From a virus (lineage: Duplodnaviria > Caudoviricetes), in the IMG/VR virus record IMGVR_UViG_3300023199_000016, positions 1 to 59,811 of that record: a stretch of 59,811 bases of DNA; one strand, written 5' to 3'. Shown in pieces: positions 1 to 9,172 of the stretch. Position 1 is the first letter of the stretch, and every line of letters starts with the position of its first letter. Below the pieces are notes generated by a model. That model was not told the origin of the DNA, made no database searches, and worked only from the letters and a program-made list of their open reading frames with translations. Position numbers and translations under genes: made by a program.

Positions 1-13
1 GTATCGGTTTCGG

Positions 14-298
14 TCATGTCATGACTTCTTCGTACACGGCACCAATGTCATGCGGGTCCGGCAAGCCTGCACGTTCACCAAGGTCAACGAGTGCCGATGC
101 AAGCTCAAGTCTTGCTTGGTTCGCATCAATGTCGATGCCTTGACGTTCAAGTCGCCGCACGTCGCGAAGCAAACTTGACATCTCTTCAGAACCTCGTGGT
201 GATGACTGCATAAAGCGAGGAACCTCGTTGGCTCGCTTACGCTCTTGCAGCTCTTTGAAGTCCTTACGTCGTTTGCTATGAACGTTTCGTTGTGTCAT
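14..298 (-). CDS. hypothetical protein (94 aa)
   Basis: ATG at 298 overlaps the upstream stop (ATGA); no recognisable motif. Confidence 0.6.
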   Translation of the reverse strand: MTQRNVHSKRRKDFKELQERKRANEVPRFMQSSPRGSEEMSSLLRDVRRLERQGIDIDANQARLELASALVDLGERAGLPDPHDIGAVYEEVMT

Positions 299-657
299 CT
301 CTTTGGTCCAATTGTTATGATGTCCCAGGCTGCACGAATCACCAAGGCAAGAATCGCAAGACCACCACCCCACAAGATCTTGACGGCGCTTGATCTTGAC
401 TTCTCAAGGTCGCCTACACGATGAATCAAACCTTCGGGCTTATCCAGTGTACCGACCAGCTCGTCTTTGACTCGTTTCACTTTGGCATCCATGTAGTCCA
501 CTTTGGTAGATACAGCGTCCACTTTCTCGCTGATCTTTGTAAGTTGCTCGATGACGTAGTTAGTGGTCTCACCGTTCAAGCCGCCTCCCATCTCTTTGCT
601 TTCACTTGGTGGCGGTGCATCGCGCTTTACACCAGATGATTCGTCAGAGTCGGGCAT
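295..657 (-). CDS. coiled-coil protein with C-terminal TM helix (holin/XhlA-like membrane protein)
   Basis: Heptad-like region followed by ILWGGGLAILALVIRAAW; GAGG RBS. Confidence 0.55.
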   Translation of the reverse strand: MPDSDESSGVKRDAPPPSESKEMGGGLNGETTNYVIEQLTKISEKVDAVSTKVDYMDAKVKRVKDELVGTLDKPEGLIHRVGDLEKSRSSAVKILWGGGLAILALVIRAAWDIITIGPKR

Positions 658-669
658 GATACGCCTCGC

Positions 670-1272
670 TTACTTGACGCCCTCAAGCTGGTTCTCTCGT
701 ATCTCACCGATAAGCGTTGCGTACGCGGCACCCGCTGTGTCAAGGTGAAGGTACGGAACATAGCTTATGCGACCCATCTTGCCCGGCTGAATGACGCCCA
801 CGCCGATGCTCTTGATCGCTGAAAGCGTTTCACTGGCCACAATCGAATCGATGTTCTCGTTGTGACCACGAATCGTTCCGTCAGCAGTCGCATCCGTCAG
901 CGAAGCAACTTCGATTTCGGTCTCCGGACCGGCCACAAGCGCAACACTTACGATCTTGTGCAACGTATTATCGCCCGTGGAGCCTTCTTCAATGAAATGC
1001 GTCTGAGCATTCCAATACGCTTCATGATCACCATCAATCCGAAGCTTGTTGGAAGTCGTGTTCTTGTTGGTGATCGCATACGTTGTGCCATCAGCAAGCA
1101 AGACGCGAGCAATAGCAGTGCCGCCGTTTGGTCCCCACCCTTCGACGTAGTGAGCGATGAATCGGTCGTTTGAGCCGATCGAAACGACCGAACCTTCTTC
1201 ATCATACAACGTAAAGGGCAAGCACGGCGTTGCATCTGCTGTAACGATTGTTGAGTGTACTTGTTTCGACAT
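670..1272 (-). CDS. hypothetical, probably virion-associated beta-rich protein
   Basis: 200 aa ORF with AAGGA RBS; T/G/D-rich composition. Confidence 0.55.
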   Translation of the reverse strand: MSKQVHSTIVTADATPCLPFTLYDEEGSVVSIGSNDRFIAHYVEGWGPNGGTAIARVLLADGTTYAITNKNTTSNKLRIDGDHEAYWNAQTHFIEEGSTGDNTLHKIVSVALVAGPETEIEVASLTDATADGTIRGHNENIDSIVASETLSAIKSIGVGVIQPGKMGRISYVPYLHLDTAGAAYATLIGEIRENQLEGVK

Positions 1273-1287
1273 GATCGTGTCGTTCCT

Positions 1288-1656
1288 TTACGCTTGTCGT
1301 GCGCGGCCTGCTTCCGTCTGCCAAGCATCCATTGATTGTGGATGATTGAATGTATACGTTTGGGCCGTGAGATCAGAAGCACCGCCATCGACTGGAGTGA
1401 AGGAGACAAGAAACGCCAGCGAACCGGGGTGTGACGCACCCAGCACGGGAGTGATCGTGAACTTCCCGATGACTTGAACGTCCGCACCGACCGATTCATC
1501 CGCATCAGCAGAGAACTGTGCTTGAAGCGCACCCGTCGATCCAGTGAGATCGGCACCCAAAGACTCGCCTACTTCGGCGGCCTTGATTGTGAAGTTGATG
1601 TCAGTCGAGTTGACAGTGCTCGACTTGAGACGGTTATAAGCAAAGTCCTTAGGCAT
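1288..1656 (-). CDS. hypothetical, possibly virion protein
   Basis: 122 aa ORF with AAGGAGA RBS. Confidence 0.55.
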   Translation of the reverse strand: MPKDFAYNRLKSSTVNSTDINFTIKAAEVGESLGADLTGSTGALQAQFSADADESVGADVQVIGKFTITPVLGASHPGSLAFLVSFTPVDGGASDLTAQTYTFNHPQSMDAWQTEAGRARQA

Positions 1657-1739
1657 AACCGATCTCCTTTCGTTTGCTTCTCAATCGGTCAAAGCCCTGC
1701 CTACTGCGGTTACAGCAGACAGGGCGGAGGGGAGAAAGA

Positions 1740-1943
1740 TCAGGACCCGTTGCCACCCGCCGCCAGTCGCGCTTTCGCTGCGGCGATTGCATCATCGTAC
1801 GTGTCGTGCTGTTGATTGACGCGTGCAAGAACTTTCGCCTTCTCTTCGTCGGTGAAGCGCTCGTCTTCACTGATTGCGACGATGATCATGTCGGCGAACG
1901 TTTCTGCTGCGTTGAGCATTGCGAGCAATTGTGCAGGATTCAT
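1740..1943 (-). CDS. small helical hypothetical protein
   Basis: 67 aa, AAGGAGA RBS, amphipathic helices. Confidence 0.55.
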   Translation of the reverse strand: MNPAQLLAMLNAAETFADMIIVAISEDERFTDEEKAKVLARVNQQHDTYDDAIAAAKARLAAGGNGS

Positions 1944-1977
1944 TCGTGTTCTCCTTTGCTTTACGAATCAAGTGAAT

Positions 1978-2038
1978 CAAGAAACCCGAGCGGTCGAGCG
2001 TGTCGTAGGTGGTGGTGCGTGCGCAGCGACCGCCCGAG
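1978..2038 (-). terminator. intrinsic terminator-like hairpin
   Basis: CTCGGGCGGTCG...CGACCGCTCGGG followed by TTTCTT on the minus strand, intergenic. Confidence 0.45.
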
Positions 2039-2050
2039 TGAAGGAGAGCG

Positions 2051-2410
2051 TCATTCAAGCTGCACAGGTTCTTGGTCGATCGTTTCGTAGTAGAACTCTC
2101 GAAGTCGTTTGAGCGTATTCTTGAAGCCTTCCATCAAAGCATCGAATCGTTCGATGTCGCCCTCATCAAGATGCTTCTTGGCACTGGCCAACGTATCACG
2201 AGCAGCGAGAGCGTACGGCTCAGTGGCAACGAACGTCTCGTCATCGAGCACTCCTGACCGATTGGCAATCGTGAGCAACTCTTCAGCGCCGCCCAGGTTC
2301 GAGTTCGCCTGAATCCAACGGTTCTCCGCCTGCTTCGCCGCGCACGATGCAAGGAATGTGACAGCGAGCAGGCAACACACAGTCGTGAATACCCTTGTCA
2401 TTGTTACCAT
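2051..2410 (-). CDS. putative lipoprotein (spanin-like candidate)
   Basis: Hydrophobic N-terminus with lipobox LASC; adjacent to the holin-like gene. Confidence 0.55.
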   Translation of the reverse strand: MVTMTRVFTTVCCLLAVTFLASCAAKQAENRWIQANSNLGGAEELLTIANRSGVLDDETFVATEPYALAARDTLASAKKHLDEGDIERFDALMEGFKNTLKRLREFYYETIDQEPVQLE

Positions 2411-2421
2411 GAGGACTCCTT

Positions 2422-2649
2422 TCAAAGTCCGACGTCTTCGGACTTCTTATGCCCATCCTTTGCTACGACTCCAATGCCGAGCATCGCAAGGGCGATCTTG
2501 ACTTGATCCCAGTCGGGTACGGTCGCCTCATCATCGTCGAGTGCTGCTTGAATCTGTGGAAGCAGAAGCAAGAGTGCAGCGATGATGCCGAGCAACGTTG
2601 TTCGATACGAACGAACCGACGGTGCGAATGTCTCGATATACTTGATCAT
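2422..2649 (-). CDS. putative holin (2 hydrophobic segments)
   Basis: 75 aa from ATG overlapping the terminase stop; TTLLGIIAALLLLL and IALAMLGIGVVA segments with charged C-terminus. Confidence 0.55.
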   Translation of the reverse strand: MIKYIETFAPSVRSYRTTLLGIIAALLLLLPQIQAALDDDEATVPDWDQVKIALAMLGIGVVAKDGHKKSEDVGL

Positions 2650-4910
2650 TCGTTGTCCTCCTGAAAGTCTGCCATCGTCGCCGTATGTACTGCACCACCC
2701 GTGCGCACTTCGCGCATCGCGTATGCAATCGCCCACTTCATCACGCGATCATCGTGCGCACCCGGGTCCGCCTCGAACTTGCCGTTCTTCTGAAGTCGAA
2801 ACGTCTGCATCTCGTTCAGCCCATCACGATCGTGGAAGCGATGCGGGTTCTCTTCAACAAAGTCAGCCAATCGGTTGAGCATTGTCGGTCGTGTCTCGCT
2901 GTTCGTTGACCAACCTGCACGACCGTCTCTGAAGTGGAAGAGTTGACGTGTTCGCTTCCAGCCCAGCTCTTGCATTGCTTGAATAACGGCGTGCCCGTGG
3001 TTCTCTCGCTCAACTCCAACGAGCGCATTGTTATACATCTTCGCATACTGAACATTGAGCTTCGCTAAGTACTTCGGCTTGAAGACGCCGTGCACTGAGC
3101 AAACGGTTTCACCCGTCTCTTTGTCAAGAAAGCCCGTCCCATTTGGATCACACCCGGGTATGCCTTCTGACGTATCACATCCCGCCACGTACTTGCGACC
3201 GGACGCGGGCTTCTTCCAGATGAGAACGTAACCCGACCCACCACCTGCTTCACGAACGAGCTTCGGTTTCGGCTTGTCCTTAGGCAGCTCTCGTATGCGA
3301 TGCGCAATGATGTGCGGATTGAAGTAAGGCGTGCCTGCACTAAGGAAGCACGTTGCATCGTCCTCGGGATACTCCTGTGGGAACAGAATACGAAGACGTC
3401 GCTTCGCCGATCGACGCCACGCGAGTTGGTCGGGTGTCAAGTCGTGTTGTTCGACGAGTGCAGATTCCTCATCATCCAACGTATCAATGATCTGTGCAAT
3501 ACGATCCGGGTCGCCCTTCAGGTCAATGACGTTAGTCGGATCATCAAACCACCTCAAGAAGATCGGGTACCAATCGTTCTCTCGATTGCGTGCGCCGAAC
3601 CAAGTGGATGCAAACCAGTTCATTCCGTTGGGCGTGCTCTCAGCGATGAACTCACCGTGAGATGCTGCTTCAGTCAAACCGGACACGAGATCCTCTACAC
3701 GTTGCTGATCGTCATTGCACCATCGTGCAACTTCAGAGCCGTGCACGCGGTCAAGCGTCGAGCCTCGTGAAGGCGCATAGCCTCCCGCCGTTGCAATCGT
3801 AAAGATGCTATGCAGCTCTTGCGATTCGAGTGCACGCTGATTGCCGAGGCCTTTCAGTATTGGTGCTTGAGGGTCACGGCGATGAAACCGTTGTGCAATC
3901 TTGAAGATTGTAAGCGTGTCCTTATCCGTATGCGCGAGCGTCAGGCACTGCGCTTCCGGTTTCGTGGACCACAGCTTATACGATTCGCCCTGCTCAACGG
4001 TTGTGATCCCGACACGCCGACTCTTCAGCACGATGATCAATACACCGGGTTGACCGGCATCACGTGCACGCATATGCGCCAGTCGTTTGTGCGCACAGTA
4101 TCGCTGTTGCACGGGGTACAATTCAAACGGTACCACGTTGCCCTCGCGTGTACGCACGTATAAACGATCGCGCGCGTACGCGCGTAGGGATTGCGGTTTG
4201 ACGATACGCTTGGGCGGGTCGCTTGCATTGAAGCGATGCTCAAACTCTTCGTCTGTGCCGGTCCAGTCTGCACGCACTTCACGATGCTCGTTCTTGTACG
4301 TTCCGTTGAGCACGTGCTTCATACCGACACGATGCATCGACGCATTGAGATCGTTGATCCAATGCGACGTGTACTGCGGGATAGACACGACGTGCATCTG
4401 TCCGTGACGCCTACGAATGAGGCGCCGCAAGCGTTGCATATCACTGAGCTCTGCTTGTTCGGCATTGCACATGATGACATGATCAACCGCTTGCACTGGC
4501 AAAGACTGCACCCTCCCATATTCGGCAAAGTGCAGTTCACTTGATGTATGTAAGAATCGCAGATGCGTACGGGTCAAGGCGACCAACTCCTTGGGCGTCA
4601 CCTCGAGCCATATCTTCAACCAACGTCGCTGCACCGCTGTGTTGGGTGATGCCAATACAGCGAGACGATTCGACTGCTTGCTCAGTGCAACCATCTCGTG
4701 TGCAAGGAGCGACTTGTCTACGCCCGAGTCGAACCACTCGGGGTCGGACGTTAGACAAAGCACGGTGCTCTTATCGTCCTCGCGTGCTGCACGTCGTGCA
4801 GGAGGATCGTCAGGCAACGTGAATTGAAGTTGTACGTTCTTCGTCAACATCTGCGATGAATCGAATCGTTCAATCAATGGGAGCGGTGAATGCAGCACCC
4901 GCGGCGGCAA
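2646..4910 (-). CDS. terL: terminase large subunit with N-terminal extension (start may be ATG at 4850)
   Basis: LKSRRVGITT Walker A, HGSEVA Walker B, ESTPNG coupling motif, RNase H-like nuclease AGCDTSEG...VERENHG...HDDRVM. Confidence 0.9.
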   Translation of the reverse strand: MPPRVLHSPLPLIERFDSSQMLTKNVQLQFTLPDDPPARRAAREDDKSTVLCLTSDPEWFDSGVDKSLLAHEMVALSKQSNRLAVLASPNTAVQRRWLKIWLEVTPKELVALTRTHLRFLHTSSELHFAEYGRVQSLPVQAVDHVIMCNAEQAELSDMQRLRRLIRRRHGQMHVVSIPQYTSHWINDLNASMHRVGMKHVLNGTYKNEHREVRADWTGTDEEFEHRFNASDPPKRIVKPQSLRAYARDRLYVRTREGNVVPFELYPVQQRYCAHKRLAHMRARDAGQPGVLIIVLKSRRVGITTVEQGESYKLWSTKPEAQCLTLAHTDKDTLTIFKIAQRFHRRDPQAPILKGLGNQRALESQELHSIFTIATAGGYAPSRGSTLDRVHGSEVARWCNDDQQRVEDLVSGLTEAASHGEFIAESTPNGMNWFASTWFGARNRENDWYPIFLRWFDDPTNVIDLKGDPDRIAQIIDTLDDEESALVEQHDLTPDQLAWRRSAKRRLRILFPQEYPEDDATCFLSAGTPYFNPHIIAHRIRELPKDKPKPKLVREAGGGSGYVLIWKKPASGRKYVAGCDTSEGIPGCDPNGTGFLDKETGETVCSVHGVFKPKYLAKLNVQYAKMYNNALVGVERENHGHAVIQAMQELGWKRTRQLFHFRDGRAGWSTNSETRPTMLNRLADFVEENPHRFHDRDGLNEMQTFRLQKNGKFEADPGAHDDRVMKWAIAYAMREVRTGGAVHTATMADFQEDNE

Positions 4911-5175
4911 TACGCGCTTGTGCGTTCTGCATCAACCGTTCGTCTTCGTCACTTCCGGTTTGAGCGGCTTCACGATCGCTCCCGGCACTGGGCTTCGGTT
5001 GCCCGGCACTGTCGGCCTCGGCCTTACGTACTTCGGTTTCCCGTCGCGCTTGCTTGAGCTGTTCTTGTGTTCCGCTTGTGACTGGTTGCTCGAGCGGTTC
5101 GTTTGATGGGCGCTCTTTGGGCGGCCTCCAGTTTGCTCCGTTCCACGAGGATTGCCTTGTTCGTTTGTCGTGCAT
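4870..5175 (-). CDS. hypothetical hydrophilic protein
   Basis: ORF between 5318-5713 and terL; frame uncertain (an overlapping 4932-5222 ORF also exists). Confidence 0.4.
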   Translation of the reverse strand: MHDKRTRQSSWNGANWRPPKERPSNEPLEQPVTSGTQEQLKQARRETEVRKAEADSAGQPKPSAGSDREAAQTGSDEDERLMQNAQARIAAAGAAFTAPID

Positions 5176-5278
5176 GTCATGCTTACTCCTGTTCGTTTCG
5201 GTCGCCTAGGCGCCGGTTCCACAACCGATGCCTGAAGTATTTGCGTGCTTTGTGACGCTTGATTCGTTCAATCAGTCG

Positions 5279-5311
5279 CAACACAAACGCCCGCACTGCT
5301 TCAAGCGGGCG
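5279..5311 (-). terminator. intrinsic terminator-like hairpin
   Basis: CGCCCGC-loop-GCGGGCG followed by TTTGTGTTG, directly after the stop at 5318. Confidence 0.5.
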
Positions 5312-5317
5312 CACGAA

Positions 5318-5713
5318 TCAGACACCTTCATCAGCGGTGCCGACCCAGCCATTGACTTGAATGCGCACATCGCCAGTGCTGCCGTCGGCTACACCTTCAA
5401 GTGCTGTGTTCGTTGTCGTCTTGAGAGGCGGGTCGAATGTGAACTCATTCTGGCCTGGGCCCGCGGCCTGCTCCCACTTCCAGAACTGAACCGGCGTGCC
5501 GGCATCGTCTTGCAACGTGATGACGGGCGTTTCGGTCGCGTGCGAGTTGAATGACGTGATCTTACTGATGTAGAAACACTTACCCGCACCGGGCGCCGCA
5601 CGGATCGTTTGTGCCGTCGTGCTTGTGATGTCCGTTGCGTTGTAGTCGTGGAAAGGCACTGCGTCTGACGGCAGCCCTTCTCGTTTGGAATACTCAAGTC
5701 CTTTGTTACCCAT
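5318..5713 (-). CDS. hypothetical beta-sandwich-like protein (possible virion decoration)
   Basis: 131 aa with AGGAG RBS; T/G-rich. Confidence 0.6.
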   Translation of the reverse strand: MGNKGLEYSKREGLPSDAVPFHDYNATDITSTTAQTIRAAPGAGKCFYISKITSFNSHATETPVITLQDDAGTPVQFWKWEQAAGPGQNEFTFDPPLKTTTNTALEGVADGSTGDVRIQVNGWVGTADEGV

Positions 5714-5733
5714 CGTGAGTTGCTCCTATTCGT

Positions 5734-6540
5734 TCAAAGGTCGTCATAACCGACCCGAACGTCAACACGCACTAACGGATCGGCCTTCGGGTCCTCGGGT
5801 AGGCGAAGCTCATCACGAAACGCGGTCTCTATCTTCTTCGCCTTATCGAGATGCTCGTCGCCCAGCACGTCGTGCATGAGCTTACACATCTGTGTCACCA
5901 GCAAATCAATCTGCTTGACCGATATGAACTCTCGCGAATTGAGCGAAAGCTTATGCGCACGTTCAACGATTCGACTCACGTGCTCGATTGCTTCACGTGC
6001 GTTGGAAATCGCCAAGCATTTGGTTTCTTCATCGATCTTGACACTGGATTGCTCGACGCCTTCGGGTGGGTCGTCGAACGCGACGCTCGCGAGTGCGAGT
6101 GCTTGAGAGCAAAGTGTACGGGCGACGCCTACCTCTTCCAATAGATCGAGGCGCTCTTCGGCGTCTTCGCATGCCTCGAGGAAACGTTCTTTCAACGTCG
6201 GCCCAAGGAACTTGCTGTAGAAGCGACGTGCCATACGACTCCACTTCGTTTGACGTTCAAGCCTTCCCACTCCCTTTACGTTCGAGCGGGTGTGCCCTCC
6301 GTGCGCCAAGCAATAGTCGCTGCCTACAAGAGCCCAGGCTTTGCATTGCTCGCCTGTGTTACGCGACTTTCCTTTGCACCTTCGTGGATGATCCAACGGC
6401 GGGCGACCGACGCACCCACGGTGTTCACGGTGCTCATCGTAGTCGGCGAACTTGATCGGGTCATCGATGTGGTCAAGATATCGCTCACCCTTGTTTCTTC
6501 GTCCGCCTTTGCCCCACCTCCCTGGCTCACTCTTGCCCAT
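5734..6540 (-). CDS. putative terminase small subunit (HGG-motif zinc-binding N-terminus)
   Basis: RCKGKSRNTGEQCKAWALVGSDYCLAHGG motif followed by helical region; upstream of terL; GAGG RBS. Confidence 0.6.
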   Translation of the reverse strand: MGKSEPGRWGKGGRRNKGERYLDHIDDPIKFADYDEHREHRGCVGRPPLDHPRRCKGKSRNTGEQCKAWALVGSDYCLAHGGHTRSNVKGVGRLERQTKWSRMARRFYSKFLGPTLKERFLEACEDAEERLDLLEEVGVARTLCSQALALASVAFDDPPEGVEQSSVKIDEETKCLAISNAREAIEHVSRIVERAHKLSLNSREFISVKQIDLLVTQMCKLMHDVLGDEHLDKAKKIETAFRDELRLPEDPKADPLVRVDVRVGYDDL

Positions 6541-6574
6541 CAAGAAGACCTCTAACACCTCTAACGATATTTGC

Positions 6575-6614
6575 ACAAAGAAGCGGGTAGGTGCTTGCGT
6601 GGCGACCAACCCGC
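6575..6614 (-). terminator. terminator-like hairpin downstream of promoter
   Basis: GCGGGTTGGT...ACCTACCCGC followed by TTCTTTGT. Confidence 0.45.
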
Positions 6615-6663
6615 GACGTGCAGTGCTCGGATTCCAGTGAGAGGAGCTGTATCCTTCCGATAG

Positions 6664-6692
6664 ATTATAGAACCGAAAGTGTCTTCGGTCAA
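6664..6692 (-). promoter_or_regulatory. sigma70-type promoter for terminase/late genes
   Basis: TTGACC-17 bp-TATAAT; inverted repeat ACCGAA-N6-TTCGGT overlaps the -35 box and spacer. Confidence 0.7.
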
Positions 6693-6705
6693 TAGGGAGT
6701 GCACG

Positions 6706-7113
6706 TCATTTATTTGAGAGTGCAACTCTCCCTCGCACCTCAGAACACTTATGCATGTAACACGTTCGACAAATTGCAGGGCACTCGAGCCGCAAGTCGA
6801 GAAGAGCAGTGAGAAGCAGTATGCACTCTTGCGAATGATGCTCCACATTCAACTCTCGTTGTATCAACGAACGATCGAGAATGACCCACTGTCGAGAGCG
6901 TGGACGTGTCTCGCCACACAAAGGGCATCGCCGATCGGGCACTGCATCATCAAGAGCAAGCCTTCGGTTGTTTCGATACCGTTCACGATGATACGAACGA
7001 ACATCATCGGGATCATCCCAATCAGCGACACGATTCTCGTCTAGTCGTTCACGACGCTCAGCTTTCTTCTTAGCCTCGAGTGTCTGCTTCGCCTCTTTGA
7101 ATACGTTTCCCAA
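6706..7113 (-). CDS. hypothetical zinc-finger protein
   Basis: CPLCG...CRTC cysteine pairs; basic N-terminus. Confidence 0.55.
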   Translation of the reverse strand: MGNVFKEAKQTLEAKKKAERRERLDENRVADWDDPDDVRSYHRERYRNNRRLALDDAVPDRRCPLCGETRPRSRQWVILDRSLIQRELNVEHHSQECILLLTALLDLRLECPAICRTCYMHKCSEVRGRVALSNK

Positions 7114-7308
7114 ATCTGCTGCCCTCTTCCTATAAGTCGATGTGCGTCGTCAACCGACCCCAAACCAAACGCATTGCACGGCATACCAACGAACCGGAAT
7201 ACCGTATAGAATAACTAACTAACTAACTTTGCCCAAATCTGCATTTACACTACTGTATTCAACGTTTCTGAGGGTCTGATTTCAGTGCTGTGCCTGTGCA
7301 GATTGTTT

Positions 7309-7863
7309 CTACCCGGTCCAGTCTGCACATCCTCTTATAAGAAGAGGGCGGTCAATTTCGTGCATCAAGCGTCGAGTCGCGACCGATAAGCACCAGTATA
7401 TGCTCCTCGCATTCATCCGAAGATCGTATTTCCCAAGCGGAATGAGCGACGACTCTCCAACCATTCGTGGTTTCACTCGAGGCGCCGCGATTTCAACAGG
7501 CCAAACCGAATCACGCCATCTCTTCGGGCCGTCATCGCCGTACGTTTCATGAGCGAACCACATGATGAAGCCGGGCACATCGTTTCGGATGACATTCTTG
7601 AGGAACTTCATCTGCCCACCTGTCGCCGTACCATTCCAACGTTTGAGCTCAACCCAGCCCGTGAAGCCGTATGCTAGTGATCCAGCGTAGAGCCCAGCCT
7701 CATTGGCGCACATACGAGAGACGCACGCACTCCCGATGTTGACCGACAAGTCCACGACGACTTTTGAGTATTGTGTGCCGGATGAATTCCAAACGTAAGC
7801 ACCCACTCTTTCAAGAGCGTCGATCAACTTGCTTTGAAAGTCCGCTTCAAGCACGCCGCTCAT
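7309..7863 (-). CDS. VRR-NUC / Holliday junction resolvase-like PD-(D/E)xK nuclease
   Basis: EADFQSKLIDAL...VDL...WVELKRWNG...GQMKFL pattern. Confidence 0.65.
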   Translation of the reverse strand: MSGVLEADFQSKLIDALERVGAYVWNSSGTQYSKVVVDLSVNIGSACVSRMCANEAGLYAGSLAYGFTGWVELKRWNGTATGGQMKFLKNVIRNDVPGFIMWFAHETYGDDGPKRWRDSVWPVEIAAPRVKPRMVGESSLIPLGKYDLRMNARSIYWCLSVATRRLMHEIDRPLLIRGCADWTG

Positions 7864-8102
7864 TATTCACCTCCCTCGAAATACGTTTCGAAATACTTCG
7901 TGACTGCCTCACTCGCAACGCCGTTCGCCTCGAAGATCGCATTCGCCACGATCATCAAGAGCGTCCGGTTATTTGTTGCGAATGTACCGATCTCTTTACC
8001 CGCGATGTAGAAACGAAACACCATGCGCGTGTTCGCCCCGATCATCTTCGGGTTCTCGTTTGAATCGTCCGGCTTCATCTCGATGATAGGTGCATCAGTC
8101 AT
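7863..8102 (-). CDS. hypothetical protein
   Basis: 79 aa, translationally coupled to its neighbours. Confidence 0.55.
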   Translation of the reverse strand: MTDAPIIEMKPDDSNENPKMIGANTRMVFRFYIAGKEIGTFATNNRTLLMIVANAIFEANGVASEAVTKYFETYFEGGE

Positions 8103-8814
8103 GACGACTCATTCCTTCCTCGTCTTTGAATGGCAGCGGCGTCTCCGATTGGTCGCGTGCTTCTGCACTGACTTGCGACTCTAAGCGTAAGCATCGCGTG
8201 CATCGTGCATATTCCCGATTCATCTCCGACACGTATTCCATGTTGAGTGAGGTGCCGGGCACGCGAAGAAGCCGATTCTTGTACACCAGTTTGTGGCGAA
8301 CAATCGGGAACTCATGTCCGCACATCTCGCACTTGTGCTGCACCAACCAGTGCACTTGTTTACTCTGCTCAAGCGCGTACTGCCACTCACCGCGGGTGCT
8401 GTCTCCGATGTATCCGTTGACGTTCAGGATCATCACGTGATCAGCGAGGTCAATCTTGCGCTTGTGCAACTCGTCCAGTCGATCAGCGACATCCGATCCG
8501 ATCGCTTCCGCACCGTGATGATCTGCGTGCTTGCACACGCCGACACTCAATACGATGCAACCTTCGAGCGTCAACTGCCACCCGACTGAATGAAAGGTGT
8601 CCATGAATCGCGTGCTTCCGCACAGGCACCAAATCTCTGGGATGCCTCTGATTTGATGAGCCGCCTTTCGATACGCCTCCGCACAATCCGCGATGCAGTG
8701 ATAGCCCGATCCGTTCGCGGCGGTCTTACCCGCGTAGTCGAAACATCGTTGTGTGTGGCGGATGTCGAAGTCCATGAAACGACGAAGCAGACTCCTTGTG
8801 TAACTTGTATTCAT
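8095..8814 (-). CDS. nucleoside 2-deoxyribosyltransferase-like domain protein with C-terminal Zn ribbon
   Basis: LCGSTRF...LDELHKRKIDLADHVMILNVNGYIGDSTRGEWQYA; CEMC...CTRC. Confidence 0.6.
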   Translation of the reverse strand: MNTSYTRSLLRRFMDFDIRHTQRCFDYAGKTAANGSGYHCIADCAEAYRKAAHQIRGIPEIWCLCGSTRFMDTFHSVGWQLTLEGCIVLSVGVCKHADHHGAEAIGSDVADRLDELHKRKIDLADHVMILNVNGYIGDSTRGEWQYALEQSKQVHWLVQHKCEMCGHEFPIVRHKLVYKNRLLRVPGTSLNMEYVSEMNREYARCTRCLRLESQVSAEARDQSETPLPFKDEEGMSRHD

Positions 8815-9092
8815 GATTGCTTTCCTTTCGGTTTCTTGATCCAGCCCCGACCGTTGCACGTCACACAGTTTGTGCCAAGGCCTTCGCCTTCACAGTCGGG
8901 ACACTCTTCAGTAAGTCGGTTGAACGTCTCACGATCACGAAAGATCTCGACATCCTCCGGCGCGTCGATATGAAGCTTGAACGCATTTGGACGATTTGCT
9001 TGATCACCAATCATCACAGTGATCTCCGTGCCGTCAGGCAAGCAGAGATACGTCTTACGATGTTGGTACACCATCACGGTAAGCTTTGACAT
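8811..9092 (-). CDS. CsrA-like RNA-binding protein fused to a CxxCxGxG zinc ribbon
   Basis: EITVMIG...FKLHIDAPEDVEIFR resembles CsrA VRIGVNAPKEVSVHR; CPDCEGEG...CVTCNGRG. Confidence 0.55.
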   Translation of the reverse strand: MSKLTVMVYQHRKTYLCLPDGTEITVMIGDQANRPNAFKLHIDAPEDVEIFRDRETFNRLTEECPDCEGEGLGTNCVTCNGRGWIKKPKGKQS

Positions 9093-9172
9093 AACACTTT
9101 CCTTTCTAAGCCCAGCACGCAACGTCAGTCACGCACTGGGTGGAGATGAAGAAGATGCGTTGCTACTTGTCG

